NCBI GenBank assembly: GCA_951406725.2
Contig: OX597828.1
Span: 69,502,001-69,566,000 of the forward strand
Direction: 5' to 3'
Origin: Octopus vulgaris
Taxonomy: Eukaryota
DNA: 64,000 nucleotides
Shown: positions 1 through 17,292 of the stretch, piece by piece
Numbering within the stretch: position 1 is the first letter of the stretch
How the letters are laid out: every line of letters starts with the position of its first letter
The notes under the pieces: generated by a model
The model's input: only the letters and a program-made list of their open reading frames with translations
Database searches by the model: none
Told to the model about the DNA's origin: nothing
Program-made: the position numbers and the translations under genes

Positions 1-657
1 ATTTCCCACCCTTATTATTTTAAATTTAAATATAAACCGAGGACCATGTGCTTTAGAACGAAGTTTGTTACCACTTAGCCACACCTGCACCAATGTATTT
101 GTGTTTGTGTATGTGTGTATAGCTGTATATGTATACACTTCTATAGATATAGATATATATGTATACATGTATGTGTAGATGTATATATATAGATGTACAT
201 GTAATATGTACACATATATTCCCATATATACATGCATACATATATACACACATACACACACACACATACATAGAGGCAGGTGTGGCTGTGTGGTAACAAA
301 CTTCGTTCCAAGAGGAATGGTCCTGAGTTCCGTCCCACTGTGTGGTGATTTGGCATGAAATGTGTGTCTGTCTGTCTGTCTGTGTGAATCCCTAAAAAAA
401 GAGAACTACACAACCAATTTCATTCAAATTTTACACATGCATTACATAGGGTCCGTGTAGTGCCATGGGCTCGCTCTGGGCGCCACTGGGCTCACTGTCC
501 GCGGCTACGACACCACAGTGAGCGCTATGGCGACTAGAGCTCGCTCTGGGCGCCATTGGGCTCACTGTCCGCGGCTACGGCTCGGCTACGGCTCGGCTAC
601 GGCTCGGCTACGGCTCGGCTACGGCTACGGCTCAGCTCGGCTCGGCTCGGCTCGGCA

Positions 658-697
<40 letters not shown>

Positions 698-1722
698 AAA
701 TCAATTATATAGAGAGAGCTACAGCGCGAAGGCAGCAAAAAAAACAAAAAACTCTTCCTCAATTGTTGGCAGTTTTATCTACTCCGCATTGCAACAAGAT
801 GAGTCTTCGTCAAAGCAATTGCTCCCCCAAAGCAAATTAAATAAAATTTGAGACACGTGGAACGTCAGAGCTGCTAACAAAAACAGGACATTGAAAACCT
901 TCGGTAAGCGCTGTTTAACCCTAACGAGGTGAAGTGGTGGACGCTCGAGGAAAAATGCTTTTCAAGAGGTAGACAAGTATGCGTCTTATAGTTATAAGCT
1001 GAACGAGAAGAAAAAGAATTACATTTAGAAATAGTTATCTATAATTATAGAGGACAGAATTTCAGTTAGAAATAGAGAACTATAAATATTGATTTATGCA
1101 TAAAGTGGTGGCTTACATTCGGCGCTTCCAATTTCTCTGTAAAATAGAAGCTAATCGCAAAATCATCGCACTTGTCACCATCGATTACAAACACCGGTGG
1201 AAGATAAAAGTTCCAGAGGACATTCTTGTTCTTTCGTTTGTACAAGGATCGTATTATGTTTCGGCTTAAAATAAATTTTAGATACAAATATAATGTAAAG
1301 AAATATATAAAAACCAGAATAGAAAATAAAACGTCTTAAGCATATAAAATGAGATAACATGAGATATCAAGGTGTTATAAACTTGAAATCATAGATAATA
1401 TAGAATATCATAGATAATATATTATCAAGTCATCCAATCAGTTCTGTCCAATTTTACCTTTTTTAGATTTGAATGAAATTTAATAGTATTTTCAAATGTC
1501 TAATTCAATTAAAAATTATTTTTATGCATTTGTGTACGTTTAAACTAATTCAATATTGTTTTACAAAATAATAGAGGGTGTCCACAAAGTCTGCGTACAT
1601 GGGGATTAACACATACTTTTAAAACAAACCAATTTTCTTTAATTATAATGTTAATAAATAATATTTTCAAAGTGATTTCCATCATTTTTCAATGCATAAT
1701 TCTGTAACCCTTTAAAATAAAA

Positions 1723-1993
1723 GAGGAGAAAATTCATTTTCGGCACTTGATGCTTTGGGAACCAGACAAAAATTGCTGCAGCTTGGCTGGGATGTGTTAC
1801 CCCCTATTCCCCAGATATTACTCCTTCGGATTTCCACTTATTCAGGTCTCTGCAGAATAGTCTTAATGGTGAAAATTTCAATTCCCTAGTTGACATAAAA
1901 AGATACCTTGATGAATTATTTGCCCTGAAACCACCCCAATTCTGGGAAGAGGGTATTTTCAAGGTAAAGGAAAGATGGAGACGTATTGTGCAA
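1723..1993 (+). mobile_element. Internally deleted mariner transposase remnant
   Basis: Manual translation: N-terminal EEKIHFRHLMLW joined to C-terminal TRQKLLQLGWDVL/PYSPDITPSDFHLFRSLQNSLNG...FWEEGIFKVKERWRRIVQ (YSPDLAPxD-type motif), with frameshifts. Confidence 0.85.
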
Positions 1994-2057
1994 CCTCCAA
2001 GCATCGATGGTCTACACTATCGAAAGCTTTGGATTGATCCAAGTTGATCCAAGATGC
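1994..2057 (-). mobile_element. Short diverged LINE RT fragment (INLDQSKAFDSVDHRCLE)
   Basis: Similar to 4434-4490 of the neighbouring Tx1-like LINE. Confidence 0.7.
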
Positions 2058-2078
2058 CAGGTTCCTTAATTACCCTGT

Positions 2079-2374
<296 letters not shown>

Positions 2375-2375
2375 A

Positions 2376-5324
<2,949 letters not shown>

Positions 5325-5356
5325 GAAAATGGAATAAATGACATTCTTTATTTTTG

Positions 5357-5464
5357 AATTTTTACAATTGTTTCGACGCAGTCTTATACCTGTAATACAT
5401 TGATGAGATGTTGGGCAATCATTAACTTGCATCTAAGGTTTAGGATGCGTCTCTTCGGGGGATT
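5357..5464 (-). ncRNA. Degenerate minimal hammerhead ribozyme motif
   Basis: CCGAAGA-GACGCA-(long loop)-TGCGTC-GAAA-CAATTG-TA; stem I poorly paired. Confidence 0.45.
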
Positions 5465-6019
5465 GTTTAAATAAATTCTTCGTTAGATCCTGTCACCATT
5501 TCACTCAGTTTGATAATGTATACGCAGCATGATTTTAAATAAAAGGGGCCGTTAATTCTATTTCCATTTCACTTATCTATTTGTATAATTTCTATGGATA
5601 ACATGGAATTCCGTATCATATCCAGTAGCAAAAGTATTCCCTCTGTATGATGACATCAGGTAGCCAATAGCAGCGGACGAGCTTTGCATAGCATTCTACA
5701 AGATGTTTATCCGGATCTTATTTAACTGTGTGTGAGGTGGAGGAGGTGAACATGTAAAGAGAAACATGGGGCTTGCTGCTAAGAAATGGTAATTGTATAA
5801 AGTGGAAACGGTGTTAAAGGTACTTGATGCAGTAAACCGAGAGATGTTAATTAGCTAAAATTACAATTTAATGAGGAGATTGATTATTTTCTAATTTACT
5901 AATTCCGGTAAAAAAAAAAGGCAAGGGAGACAAAGCTGGGATTTAAATTTTTCTAATTGAATATAGAGTAAGGAGAAGGAGAGGGTCAAGAGGTTGTTCT
6001 TGTAGGTGGTTGCTGTTGT

Positions 6020-6400
6020 TGCTGTTGTTGTTGAGCGAACGGTCTTCGTCCCAGAGCTCGTAAGATGGGAGAAGTCCGAAACGTGGTCCTTTGCTATTCG
6101 TAGGACCCGCAGAAGAGAAAGCAGGTCAACACCCGACACCGAGAGCATCGACGGAAGAATGAATGCGCATCCAGGCTCAGCGGTTGCGTAGGAAGTCGGG
6201 GACAAGAAACAGGAAGAAAGAGTGAGAGAAAGTTGGAGCGAAAGAGTACAACAGGGGTCGCCACCAGCCCCTGCTGGAGCCTCGTGGAACTTTATGTGTT
6301 TTCGCTCAATAAATACACACAACGCCCGGTCTGGGAATCGAAACCGCGATCCTCCGACCGCGAGTCCGCTTCCCTAACCACTGGGCCATTGCGCCTCCAC
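6020..6400 (-). mobile_element. tRNA(Arg)-like-headed SINE, tail type A
   Basis: Head TGGCCCAGTGG...GGTTTCGATTCCC; same head and tail at 21367-21985; ends in (CAA)n. Confidence 0.8.
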
Positions 6401-7579
6401 TGTTGTAGGTGGTGGCGGCGGTGGTGGTGGTGGCGGCGGCGGCGGCGATGGTGTATTTGAACCCCACGTCAATCCCCGTCGACCAAACCAATTCCAGTCG
6501 AGACCGTCCGCTCTTTTCCCCCCATTTGAACAGAACACACTTCATCGTTATTCAATGTCTCCCCTTTTTAAGACTGTAGGGTGTGAGTTGAGGAAGAATT
6601 GGTTGTTATTTCTAGCCAGTCGGGGGTTTTCTTGCTGATTTGCTGACCTCGTGGTGGCAAGGTACGATGCAGTGGTCCTCAGCGGCGATGATCTCATGGT
6701 AGCAAAGTATGACTTGGTGGCCATCAGCAGTGCTGCCCTTCCCCACACCTAGGGGAAATTTCTTAGTGACCCAAACAGCATTATAACACTGTGACCACTG
6801 ACATACGTTACACAGCATTTGTAAATTGTCGTTGCTGTTGAGCACCAGGTGAGTCATTTTATAATTAAAAGCACCTTCGTTGTTAATAAACTCTATTCCA
6901 AATTTATTTATCATAGCTCTTTGAAAATAAACATTATTATATAAGATATATTTTTCTATCCGATGAAGGGCCTAATTTTTTTTTCTTGTTTAATATAGGT
7001 CTTATCCCTTTAGGGTATACAAACTTTCCCCAAATTTACGATGCCAAGATCACGACACCACGTGGTCAAACTTACAAAACATATTTTACAAGGTATGTCC
7101 ATGGGTCCCGACGAAAAGATTAAGAGACCTAGACTCCTCTTTAAAAATTTCTCACTTTTTGTTCAAAATCTTTTTGCTGAAAATTTTTTTGAAATATCTG
7201 CCCGTCAGATATCCACGGGCCCTTCCTTGGTTTTCCTTGACCCAAACCCCGGGTCGTTACCCCGACTAAGTTCCATTCTTTTGTGCCCTGCCTTCACGGG
7301 AAATGGGCTTAATTCAAAACAGCATTATCGATGCGCACCACTATCAACCGTGTTAAATATTTCGTATTCATGTTTACAGTGTTTATGATTTTACCGAGTT
7401 ACAAAGGAGCAACCCGGATATGAGAGTGACTTCCCTGTCAGAGCTGATTGTTCGGCCAGAAATCGTCAATGATCACACGAAAATCAACATGGCGTGTCCG
7501 AAATAATGAGACAGCGACAAACACAATAGAAAACAAAAAATAACTTTTATGCTTGACTGTAAAAGTTTACGGTTGTTGG

Positions 7580-7643
7580 ATGTTTATTATCATAAGAAGG
7601 ACCGGATTGTCTGGCAACATCAACACTGGACCACCTTCTTCCG
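7580..7643 (+). other. Candidate host exon ending in donor CCG|GTAAGG
   Basis: Donor consensus in a CpG-retaining region, CAACATGGCG (YY1-like) at ~7485; ATG at 7580 gives a phase-1 end. Confidence 0.25.
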
Positions 7644-8906
7644 GTAAGGACCAATTTAGGCATTTTTTATTTTATTTTATTTTATTTTATTTTATTTCGT
7701 TCGTGTTGTTGTTGTTGCAGTCGTCGTCATCGTATTTGTTGTTTAGCTTCGGATACAATTTGTTCCAACAGACATCTATCATCAAAGACATTCCGCTCGT
7801 GACCGTCACGTCTTTTATTTTTTTCAAGACACATTGTATTAAGGAACTACTTTTCCCAAACTGCTTTTTTTTTTAATAAATATATTTTATTAACATTTCC
7901 CTTATTTGAGAAGACGAATGAAGTGTAACCGGGGTGAGATTTGGCTGTTATTTCTAGCAGTTCAGCCAACAGGTGGAGTCTCTCTGGATGTCGTCGCTAT
8001 CGTTGTTAGGGTTAAGGGCAAGGATCAAAATCAGAACTAGTCCCACCATCATTCCGTTTATTAAAAACGATATCAACCAGTTTATCCCCGCCACACCACA
8101 AACACACACACACACACACCATTTAATTTTCTTAAAAGATGATGAGATTTGACATTTGGCTGCTATTTCTAGTAGTCCTAGTGAACAGGTAAAACTCACC
8201 GCCACCGCCGCCGCCGCCACCACCACCGCCGCCGCCAGCCTCATTGTTACCTGTGACACAGATTTGAGGGGGGAAGGAAGAGGGTTGCTGTCGTCGTACA
8301 ATTAGGATCAAAGGACTTCGGTCAGGTTACAACAAAAACAGATTCGCTGTCCTTCGAGCTTTTGTTTCATTTCTCCGGCGAAACCCTTCTCTCTTCTCTC
8401 TTTCAACAATCAACAGAAGGGGAGAGGAGGAAAGGGTCAGGTTTAAGGGGAAAGTTTGTGAAATACTTTGTGGGGGTGGGGTGCGGAGGTGGGTATGTCG
8501 ACCTCCCGGGTGGAATGAGGGTGCGGGACGACGAGTCGTTTGGAGGTGACACTTGTCAACATATTTTCTCACTCTAATCGCCATACGCGCGCGCGCGCGT
8601 GTGTGTTTGTGTGTGTGTGTGTGTGTGAGTGCTCTTAAGTCCCTATATGTATTTATGTGTATATGCATGTTTTGTATATACGTATGGTTGTGTGTGTGTA
8701 TATACATATATATATATATATATATGTAGTCATATATGTATGCGAGTGTGTGCGTGTGCATGTGTGTGTGTGCGTGTGAGTGTGTACGTGTTTTTATGAA
8801 TGCGTTTAGGTGTGTGTGTAAGTGTATGCTAGTGCTTGTAAGTACATGTATGTATTTATACGCGTTTGTATGTGTATATGCATGTTTTATGTATACGTAT
8901 AGTTGT

Positions 8907-8939
<33 letters not shown>

Positions 8940-9464
8940 GTCGTATATATGCGTGTCTGCATGCACGCGCGCAGACATGTGTGTATGTGTGTGTGTGTGT
9001 GTGTGGATGGCTGTGTACGTGCGTGAAACCACGTGCGCATCTATCTATTTACTATAAGCAAAATTAGGTCATAGACAAGGGAGATTATATAGACTAGAGC
9101 TTTTGAGAGTTATTTCCCTTCCATTGCTGTTGAAATCTTGTAATGAACTTGCGGTTTTTTTTCCCGCGCCATTTGTTAGTATTAAATCTTGTACGTACAC
9201 GGCCCAGCTCGCGTATGCACGTATACGCATACACCCAAATAGACGTGCGCGCACGTGCACACTCATGCATATACTCGACACGCATAATCAAGCATGTTCG
9301 CGAGAGATTTGTTTGTATGAGTGCATATGCAAGTGTGTGCGTTCTTGCGCAAGTGCGTGTGTCTGGGTGTTCGTAGGGAAGTTTATCCCGGCGCAAAAAC
9401 AAAATCAAAACAAACGATGTTGCTTAAAATGTATCTTAGGGTCCAGCCCCTTAACAAAGATGAC

Positions 9465-9505
<41 letters not shown>

Positions 9506-10104
9506 TGAGGAAGAGATCGATAAATTAAGTAAAAAGTAAAGGTTAAATATAGGTTTTTGGTGTTGTACACCTGACACTTTGAGATAGACCAGGAGCTCAT
9601 TGTTGTCAACTATGAAGACTGGAGCCACGTGAAATAAAGTTTTTGTCCAAGAATACAAGAGCACAATTTGTGTACAGACTGGGGATTGAACACGTGATTT
9701 TATCATCGAGAGCGAAGTGGTATAAACACGGGAAACAAATACGCCAGTCAATATGATCACCCAATTTGGTGCTTCCAAACCAAGGATTTGTGGATCCCTG
9801 GGGATCTACAAAGATACTGCTGGGGTTGTGCCAGACCTGCCCCCACCCCACCCCGCACACCCACACACACATTTAGAGCCCCAGGGCATCGATTTTGTTT
9901 GGGGAAAAACAATGGTATTGGGGCCGCCCTATAGTGGTCCCCTGTCGATGAGGTGAAAATTTGCTGAGATGTATGAGCTTTCAAAAGTCAGTGGTCAGTG
10001 GGAAAGAATCCTTCAAAATCGTAGGGGCCTTTGATAATGAAAAGGTTGAGAACATGGCAGTAAGCATTTGAATGTGGTGTTTCAATTTGGCCAGGACCCA
10101 TCTG

Positions 10105-10181
<77 letters not shown>

Positions 10182-10557
10182 TCACACACACACACACACA
10201 CACACACATGAATATGTACATGAATGCCTACATCCTTTTTTGATGGCTATTCAGTAATTAAACAACATGCAAATAAGTTACAACACTGTTTGAACTAGAA
10301 GGACTGAAATAAATTTCAGTTTAAATTACAAAAGTACAAATATGCAAATTAATCTATCCACTATGGCACTAGTCTAATTTACGATTACTTTATATAGAAA
10401 CTGAATGTTCATATAAGAAGCTTCATATACCTTGTCCAACAAGCAGTTGACAAACTATGAAACGTCTATTAGGAGACCCCCCCCCCCATCCTGCCTCTTT
10501 TTCTCCACACTGAACACATGAAAGGGATGTGTTTACATTCATGTGTTTCTCTCACAG

Positions 10558-10720
10558 CTAGGCTTTCTATTATACAACTAGATTTCAGTTCTTCTAAATC
10601 ACAACGTGTTGTAAACAGCCCTGTTGTTGTTGCTATTGGCATTTCTCCTGCTAATAACATGTCTGTTTACTTTGTTCCCTTGAAGATATATGGAATTGGA
10701 GATCCCTTACTTAAAAACAG
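10558..10720 (+). other. Candidate host internal exon (163 nt)
   Basis: TTTCTCTCACAG| acceptor, CAG|GTGAGG donor; only the phase-1 frame is open. Confidence 0.35.
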
Positions 10721-11040
10721 GTGAGGGTTAATACCAATAAGGGTATCTGGTTCTGAAACAACACCTGAGTAATATATTCGTCTAACCCATGCTAGCATGG
10801 AAAAATGGACGTAAAAGCAACTAAACAAATATATATGTGTAGTAAAGATTGTTTACCAGCATAAAATGGCAGTCCTGGTTTAGGACTAATGTTGCTGTAA
10901 TCTAGCCCCAGGAGACATCGTCTCCAGCTGGCTATATGACATGATCTGTGTCCTTATATTTTCAAACAAAGTACTGTTGTTGAATATCTCACGTTGTGAG
11001 ATTTAAAAGAGAAAAATAAATAGTAATTTCCAAATATATA

Positions 11041-11081
<41 letters not shown>

Positions 11082-11210
11082 ATATATTGTACATGCATAT
11101 GTAAGTATGTGTATACAAGAATGTGTATTCATATTTTTACTCATGCATGTGAAGATACTTGTATATTCATATTTCATATTTACATATATATTTCTATATA
11201 TATATACATA

Positions 11211-11282
<72 letters not shown>

Positions 11283-11700
11283 GATATATATATATACATT
11301 ATATATACATGAATATATATTTATTTCTATACAAATATACCTTTTGACTTACATTGTATGTCATTAATATTGCTTTCACATAGACTCGTTAAGTGATTAT
11401 TATGGTAATTATCATTAATTCATAAATATTTCCAGTGTAATGGTTAGATTATAGCCTTTCCTTACACCTTCACAAGATCCTAAAAGAATCACTAAATATA
11501 AAAGCTTAGATTCTTCATAGAATTGGAACAGCAATTATTAACACATAATAAATGTTTTGCTTTATATATGTTTATATATGTTTTGTTTTATATGTTTGTC
11601 TATAAAGACTGGAATTTACAGCTGTAGTCTTTATGGCCTGGAGGGAGTAAATGACCTTTGCACCCTCATAAAAATATTTGTTATATTATTTTATAGGATC

Positions 11701-11757
11701 AATAATAATAATCATCATCACCATCATCATCATCCTCACCATCATTATCATCATCAC

Positions 11758-11819
<62 letters not shown>

Positions 11820-12021
11820 GTGCCATCATCGTCATTGTTCTCATTGTCGTCGTCATCACCTTCATAGTCATCTTCTTCATCATCATCATCACCATCATCA
11901 TCGTTGTCATCATCATCAGCAGCATCAGCATCATCAGCATCATCACCATCGACGTCGTCATCATCATCACCATCACCATCGTCGTCGTCATCATCATCAT
12001 CACCATTGTCATCACCATCAC
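11701..12021. repeat. Imperfect (CAT)n microsatellite
   Basis: Seen directly. Confidence 0.9.
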
Positions 12022-12312
12022 CTGCATGCACACACCACCATCTCCTATTCCTGTTTGGGTCAAATGGAATTCACTGGAGCAAATTTTCTGCAGTTTGATG
12101 CTCTTCCTGTTGCCTACCCTTCCCTGTTTCTAAACAATGTAATTTGCCTGAAACAGGTGAAAGTTGGTGACAGGAAGAGCATCCAGGTATAGAAAATCTG
12201 CATCAATAAAACTCATCAGAGCTAGTCAAGTATGGAAAAGTGGACGGTGAAGAAATGATGATGATGATGATGATGATGAAGGTGATTTTATATTTACCTA
12301 CCTACCTACCTG

Positions 12313-12345
<33 letters not shown>

Positions 12346-14161
12346 AAACACATATACACGTGCACACACACACACATGTATATGTATTTATACATATATA
12401 TATATATATGCATGCACACATATATACACATATGCACATGCACACATACACATAAAAATATATATCTCTTTTATTTTTTTTTACTTGTTTCAGTCATTTG
12501 ACTGAGGTCATGCTGGGGCACCACCTTGAGGAATTCTATTCGAAAGCTTGGCACTCATTCTATCAGTCTCTTTTGCTGAACTACTTGGTTACACACACAG
12601 AGCCATGCGCCTTCACACACACACACACACATGACACACATGCACAGACAAACACATATCTTACATACTTCCATACAGATTCCATCAAATTTCAAATGCA
12701 TTGGTCAGTCCCAAAGTTGCAAAAAAAGACCCTTGTCTAAGTTAGCCCTGAGAGAGATTGAACCTGAAGCCACATAGTTGGCAAGCCACCTTCCCAGTCA
12801 TTTCAAAGAGAACATCACTTGTTTGAAGAAGTACAGAACATGTTTGAAGGCAGAACTCTAAAAGGCTTCTTTTCTTTTTTTTTTCACTACAAAATTTCTT
12901 ACGAAATATATTTTGCTTCAGTTAGTCTTGAAAATTATAACAAAATTAGTAAAATAAACTTTACCATTATTAAACTGGGATTTGGAACCTAAATAAACAG
13001 GAAATTGCATCAGAAGCTTTTTAATTGAAGTCACTTTATAACAGAAAGCCTTTATCCAAAAAACCAGGAGGGGTTGGCATGGAATGAGTAAAAATGGACT
13101 CCTGTTAGTTTGAAGAAACCTCATCTGTTTTACGTTGAATATTTCATATCTGAAGGAAGTGAGTTCTTGTAAGAAACGAGTTCAGTTCTCAGTGAAGCTG
13201 GAAGCAGATGCTGCTATGTCTATGAGTTGGAAGAATGTGTGTACTTCTGGTTGGATATTAAACATTATTTGGTTCAAACCTCATCTTAATTCCGACCTAA
13301 CTAGCATCGAAGATAAAAAGCAACCCTGGCAGTTGCAGAGTTGATGCTTCAACCAACAGAACAATGAATAACAGATGCCGGTTTCTAGATAAAGGGAAGT
13401 GGTTGGCCAAAACTGTCTATAGATAACGGAATATCTTCTGGTGCAAGATAAGGATTCTTGAAGTTGTTTTTGGTAAGGCAAATATTCCTCACTAAACCCT
13501 GTTGCTGTCGTTTTTGTTTTTGTTGTTTTAGTTCTAAGTCAATTCTAATTAAACAGATTTATCTTCAGAAGTGTTCCAACCATGACTATCGCATCTGTTT
13601 TTGCAAACACCATTTTAAACACACTGGTCACTCACAAATAAAGAACTGGTAGTATGTGCCAAAATTTTTGTCTTTGGAATCTTTGGTACACGTAAGCATA
13701 TTCTCCGCAGACCCTCACTTTTAACATAGCCTCCATTTGTGTCATCCCAAATGACACAAATAGGGGCTGAGATAAGGGGCTGCACCAGCATAAGGCTGGG
13801 AATTGAGCAACATGAAATGGGGTACTTTGTTCAAGGATACAATGATTGCCTGGTCCAGGAATTGAACTCAAGATTCTATGATCACGATGCCAGCACCTCA
13901 ACCACTGAGCCACTCACCTTCACCAATTGCACAGATTTTATTATTCGATGCCATCAAAGATTCCATTTATTTTAAAGATGGTTCCTTGTGATCTAATTTA
14001 GTTGATCTTGACTTGGGGAGTCATGCCTTGATTTTAATCATTAGTTTCACATTGACCCCACATGATGCTAAATGCACACATGCACACACACACACATACC
14101 TATGCATGTGTATATAATAATATATATGTGTGTGTGTGTGTGTGTGTGTAGTATATATATA

Positions 14162-14299
14162 CTTTATTTAAAGCAGCAGAAAATTCAACAAAACCTGTTA
14201 CTCTGAGTTTCACGTTTCCTAGCAAAAACTGTCCGACGAACGGGAACGTGAAACTCAGAGTAACAGGTTTTGTTGAATTTTCTGCTGCTTTAAATAAAG
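14162..14299. repeat. Fold-back inverted repeat (~55 bp arms) overlapping a hammerhead motif
   Basis: 14162-14216 is the reverse complement of 14245-14299. Confidence 0.9.
14229..14266 (+). ncRNA. Minimal type-I hammerhead ribozyme motif (CCGA variant)
   Basis: CTGT-CCGACGA-ACG(GGAA)CGT-GAAA-CTCAGAG-TA-ACAG; stems I, II and III all pair. Confidence 0.75.
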
Positions 14300-14368
14300 C
14301 ATATTACTCTACCCCAGGTATTTGAGTACTCTTTTTTCCACCTTGTTTCACATTTATGCGTTTACTCC

Positions 14369-14417
<49 letters not shown>

Positions 14418-14544
14418 AATATATATATATAAATATATGTACATACATATATATACATACATATATTTACATATATTTGTACATGCATACACACACATAC
14501 ACTCTGATTTCTAGATTGTGTGATTGATTCCTAGACTGGGCCAT

Positions 14545-14856
14545 TCATCATCATCGTTCATCGTTCAGCATCTGCTTTCCATGCTAGCATGGGTTGGACG
14601 GTTCAACTGGGATCTGGGAAGCCAGAAGGCTGCACCAGGCCCAGTCTGATCTGGCAATGTTTCTACGGCTGGATGCCCTTCCTATCGCCAACCACTCCAT
14701 GAGTGTAGTGGGTGCTTTTTATGTGCCACCGGCACAGGTGCCAGATGAGGCTGGCAAACGGCCACGATCGGATGGTGCTTTTTACGTGCCACCAGCACGG
14801 AGGCCAGGCAAGGCTGGCAACGGCCACGATCAGATGGTGCTTTTTACGTGCCACCC
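14545..14856 (-). mobile_element. RTE-3'UTR-derived repeat with (ATG)n tail
   Basis: Family copies at 18102-18285, 21455-21700, 24847-25183, 25620-26165, 37106-37530, 42420-42685, 50690-50997, 57420-57760, 63050-63525. Confidence 0.85.
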
Positions 14857-15284
14857 GTAGATACCCTAATTTATAATTTTAATATATATATATTAAAATC
14901 ATAAATCAGGGCGTCTACGAGACACCACCATGCTGAAAATAGCAGCCATGATCATGAGTCAGATCATGAGTCAAATACCCTAATTTATGATTTTAATGAT
15001 TATTACCTTTGAAGGTTATTTTTTTCCATGCTGGCCCCTTGATAAAATCGCTATTTTATTTTAAATTAACAATCTTATTCTTATTTATATAAATTTTAAT
15101 TTATTTCGTCACTGTATTTACTGCGGTGATATTTTAACCATATCTCACATGGAATTAAACGGCGGGCATTTTGAACTGGCCATGATGCATACGTGCGTAT
15201 ATATGTATGTATACGTTCATATATGTAAGTAATTGTATGGTGTATTTATATATATATATGTATTTATGTTTCTCTTCTGTGTGT

Positions 15285-15343
15285 ATTCTACTGACGAGGC
15301 AAAGCATTCATAAATGCAAATTCAGAAATCCGGGATCTAGAAT
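15285..15343 (+). ncRNA. Minimal type-I hammerhead ribozyme motif
   Basis: ATTCTA-CTGACGA-[GCATT(CATA)AATGC hairpin, decayed base]-GAAA-TCCGGGA-TC-TAGAAT; 6-bp stem I. Confidence 0.7.
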
Positions 15344-15670
15344 TATCCAGTAATTTTTTACTAGTTTCACCTTGTCTCTTTGTTTTCTCTCCGTGTTGAT
15401 ATATGGACAATTAAGGTGGTTTTAGAGTCAGATCATGGCTGCTATTTTCAGCATGGTGGCATCTCACAGACGCCCCAATTTATAATTTTAATATATATAT
15501 ATATAAAGGCAAATATAAATATATATGTATATATACAGCAACAAGAAAATATATCATGTATTTATGCTAGCATGGAAAACGGATGCTAAACGATGCTGAT
15601 GCATTATTAAGAAAGTAACCACACCACTGAAATATATTGAGGTTTTGAGCTATCCATTCTTATTTGCTTA

Positions 15671-15722
<52 letters not shown>

Positions 15723-15752
15723 TGTTTGAATTTGTGTACAGATATTGTATAT

Positions 15753-15946
15753 TGAGAAAAAGGAGGCCGTCAGAACCCTGGACAATCCCCCATTAGCACC
15801 CTCATTTGTTCTTCGAACAGATCAAGACAAAATCAAAATGGTAAAAATGAAATGTTCTGTTACCATTTTGATTCTGTCTTGATGAATTCAAAAAACAAAC
15901 GAAAGCACTAATAAAGGACTATCCAAAATTCTGACTGCCTCCTTTT

Positions 15947-15951
<5 letters not shown>
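15753..15951. repeat. Diverged fold-back inverted repeat next to (TA)n
   Basis: Arms ~15753-15844 and ~15860-15951; right arm holds decayed TTGATGA...GAAAGCAC-TA. Confidence 0.75.
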
Positions 15952-16002
<51 letters not shown>

Positions 16003-16892
16003 CAGCATGGAAAACAGACATCAGCAATTCAAAAACACATAAAACCCGTTAACTTAAACATTTATTAATTGCTGTCAAAAATTTCGTCACACTTACTACA
16101 ACCTGGTAATTGTCACAGTTTCCCAACAGAATTCTGTCAGTTAGTACAACAAAAGTTTTGACACAAGTTAGTAAATGTTTAAGTGAAATAAGCACTGTTT
16201 GTGTGCCTTTAAAAGGCTAATATGTGTATTTGCTTTCCTTTTAACACACGGTTTCTAATCAAATCACCTGCCAATCAAGAACATCTCCAAAACACTCTCA
16301 CACACACACACACACACATAAACACAAACAAACAAAATTTAGAAGGGAGAATGTTTCCAATACTTCAGCTCAATCTCATAATGTATCATTAGAAAACATA
16401 CAAATATATCACACACACACACACACATTCTGATTCACATTATATACATGTATATACATATGTGTGTGTGTGTGTCTATAGACACACACACACACTCCCT
16501 CTATCTATCTTTCTTTCTCACTCTCTCTCTCTCTCTCTCTCTCAAATAATAATAAAAAATAAAGATGTCAGTTAAATGTCTACATTATTTTGTTTGTGAA
16601 CATCATATTCTTTCTGATTGAATTAGTGACACACATATTGATAGACTGAGTTATTGATTCCATGATTGACCTATTGATTGATCTATTGAACTTTATTGAT
16701 TCATAGATTCTATTATTAATTTACATAATAGATTATTGATTCAATTTGCTGATTCAACTGAAACACCTTTGATCATAGGTCACCTTTAATTAGAGCTTAC
16801 CTGGTGAAGGGAAGTGTGGAAAAAGAACAACCACAACATATTATAATATATTATCTTTACCATATGTTCATAATATAGTTCATTATTATTAC

Positions 16893-16926
<34 letters not shown>

Positions 16927-17292
16927 ACAAATTGACAAGATCATACCAATATTTGGGGCCGTGGGCAAACATCTATGAAAGGGTGCTGAAAAGTTGCTGG
17001 CTTTACGTAAAAGAAAGAAAATAAAGGAAGATCAGTTAATTATTTTATTCAACATATATGATTTTATTCAATATATATATATATATAGGTTATAAGAGGT
17101 AATGGTGTCAAGAAGACCCAAGGGTGTCAGGTAACGCTGAGTAAGTGCTATGGACAGACTATAGTTAAGCTCCAGGTTCGGTGATTATGCGAATGAGGAG
17201 ATATATATCAGCATGCGTATATATAAAAAATTTAATAGAATGATATAAAAATCTAAGGCTGTGAAAGATTTTAGAACATTTATAAAGAAAAG

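Noticed and set aside
460-700. GC-rich (CGGCT/CGGCTA)n tract as a coding or regulatory unit
   Set aside because: Simple repeat adjoining (AAAG)n; no function supportable from sequence
1096-1269. 57-codon ORF (MHKVVAYIRRF...)
   Set aside because: No recognisable homology or splice support
6955-7010. CCGATGAAGGGCC hammerhead candidate; similar half-motif at ~39070 on the minus strand
   Set aside because: Second half of the core is missing
11557-12192. Poly-His or poly-Asp protein
   Set aside because: (CAT)n microsatellite open in several frames with no splice or homology support
14594-14860. Recurrent MDGSTG...DALPNANHS ORF family
   Set aside because: Antisense reading of the RTE-3'UTR repeat, not a gene family
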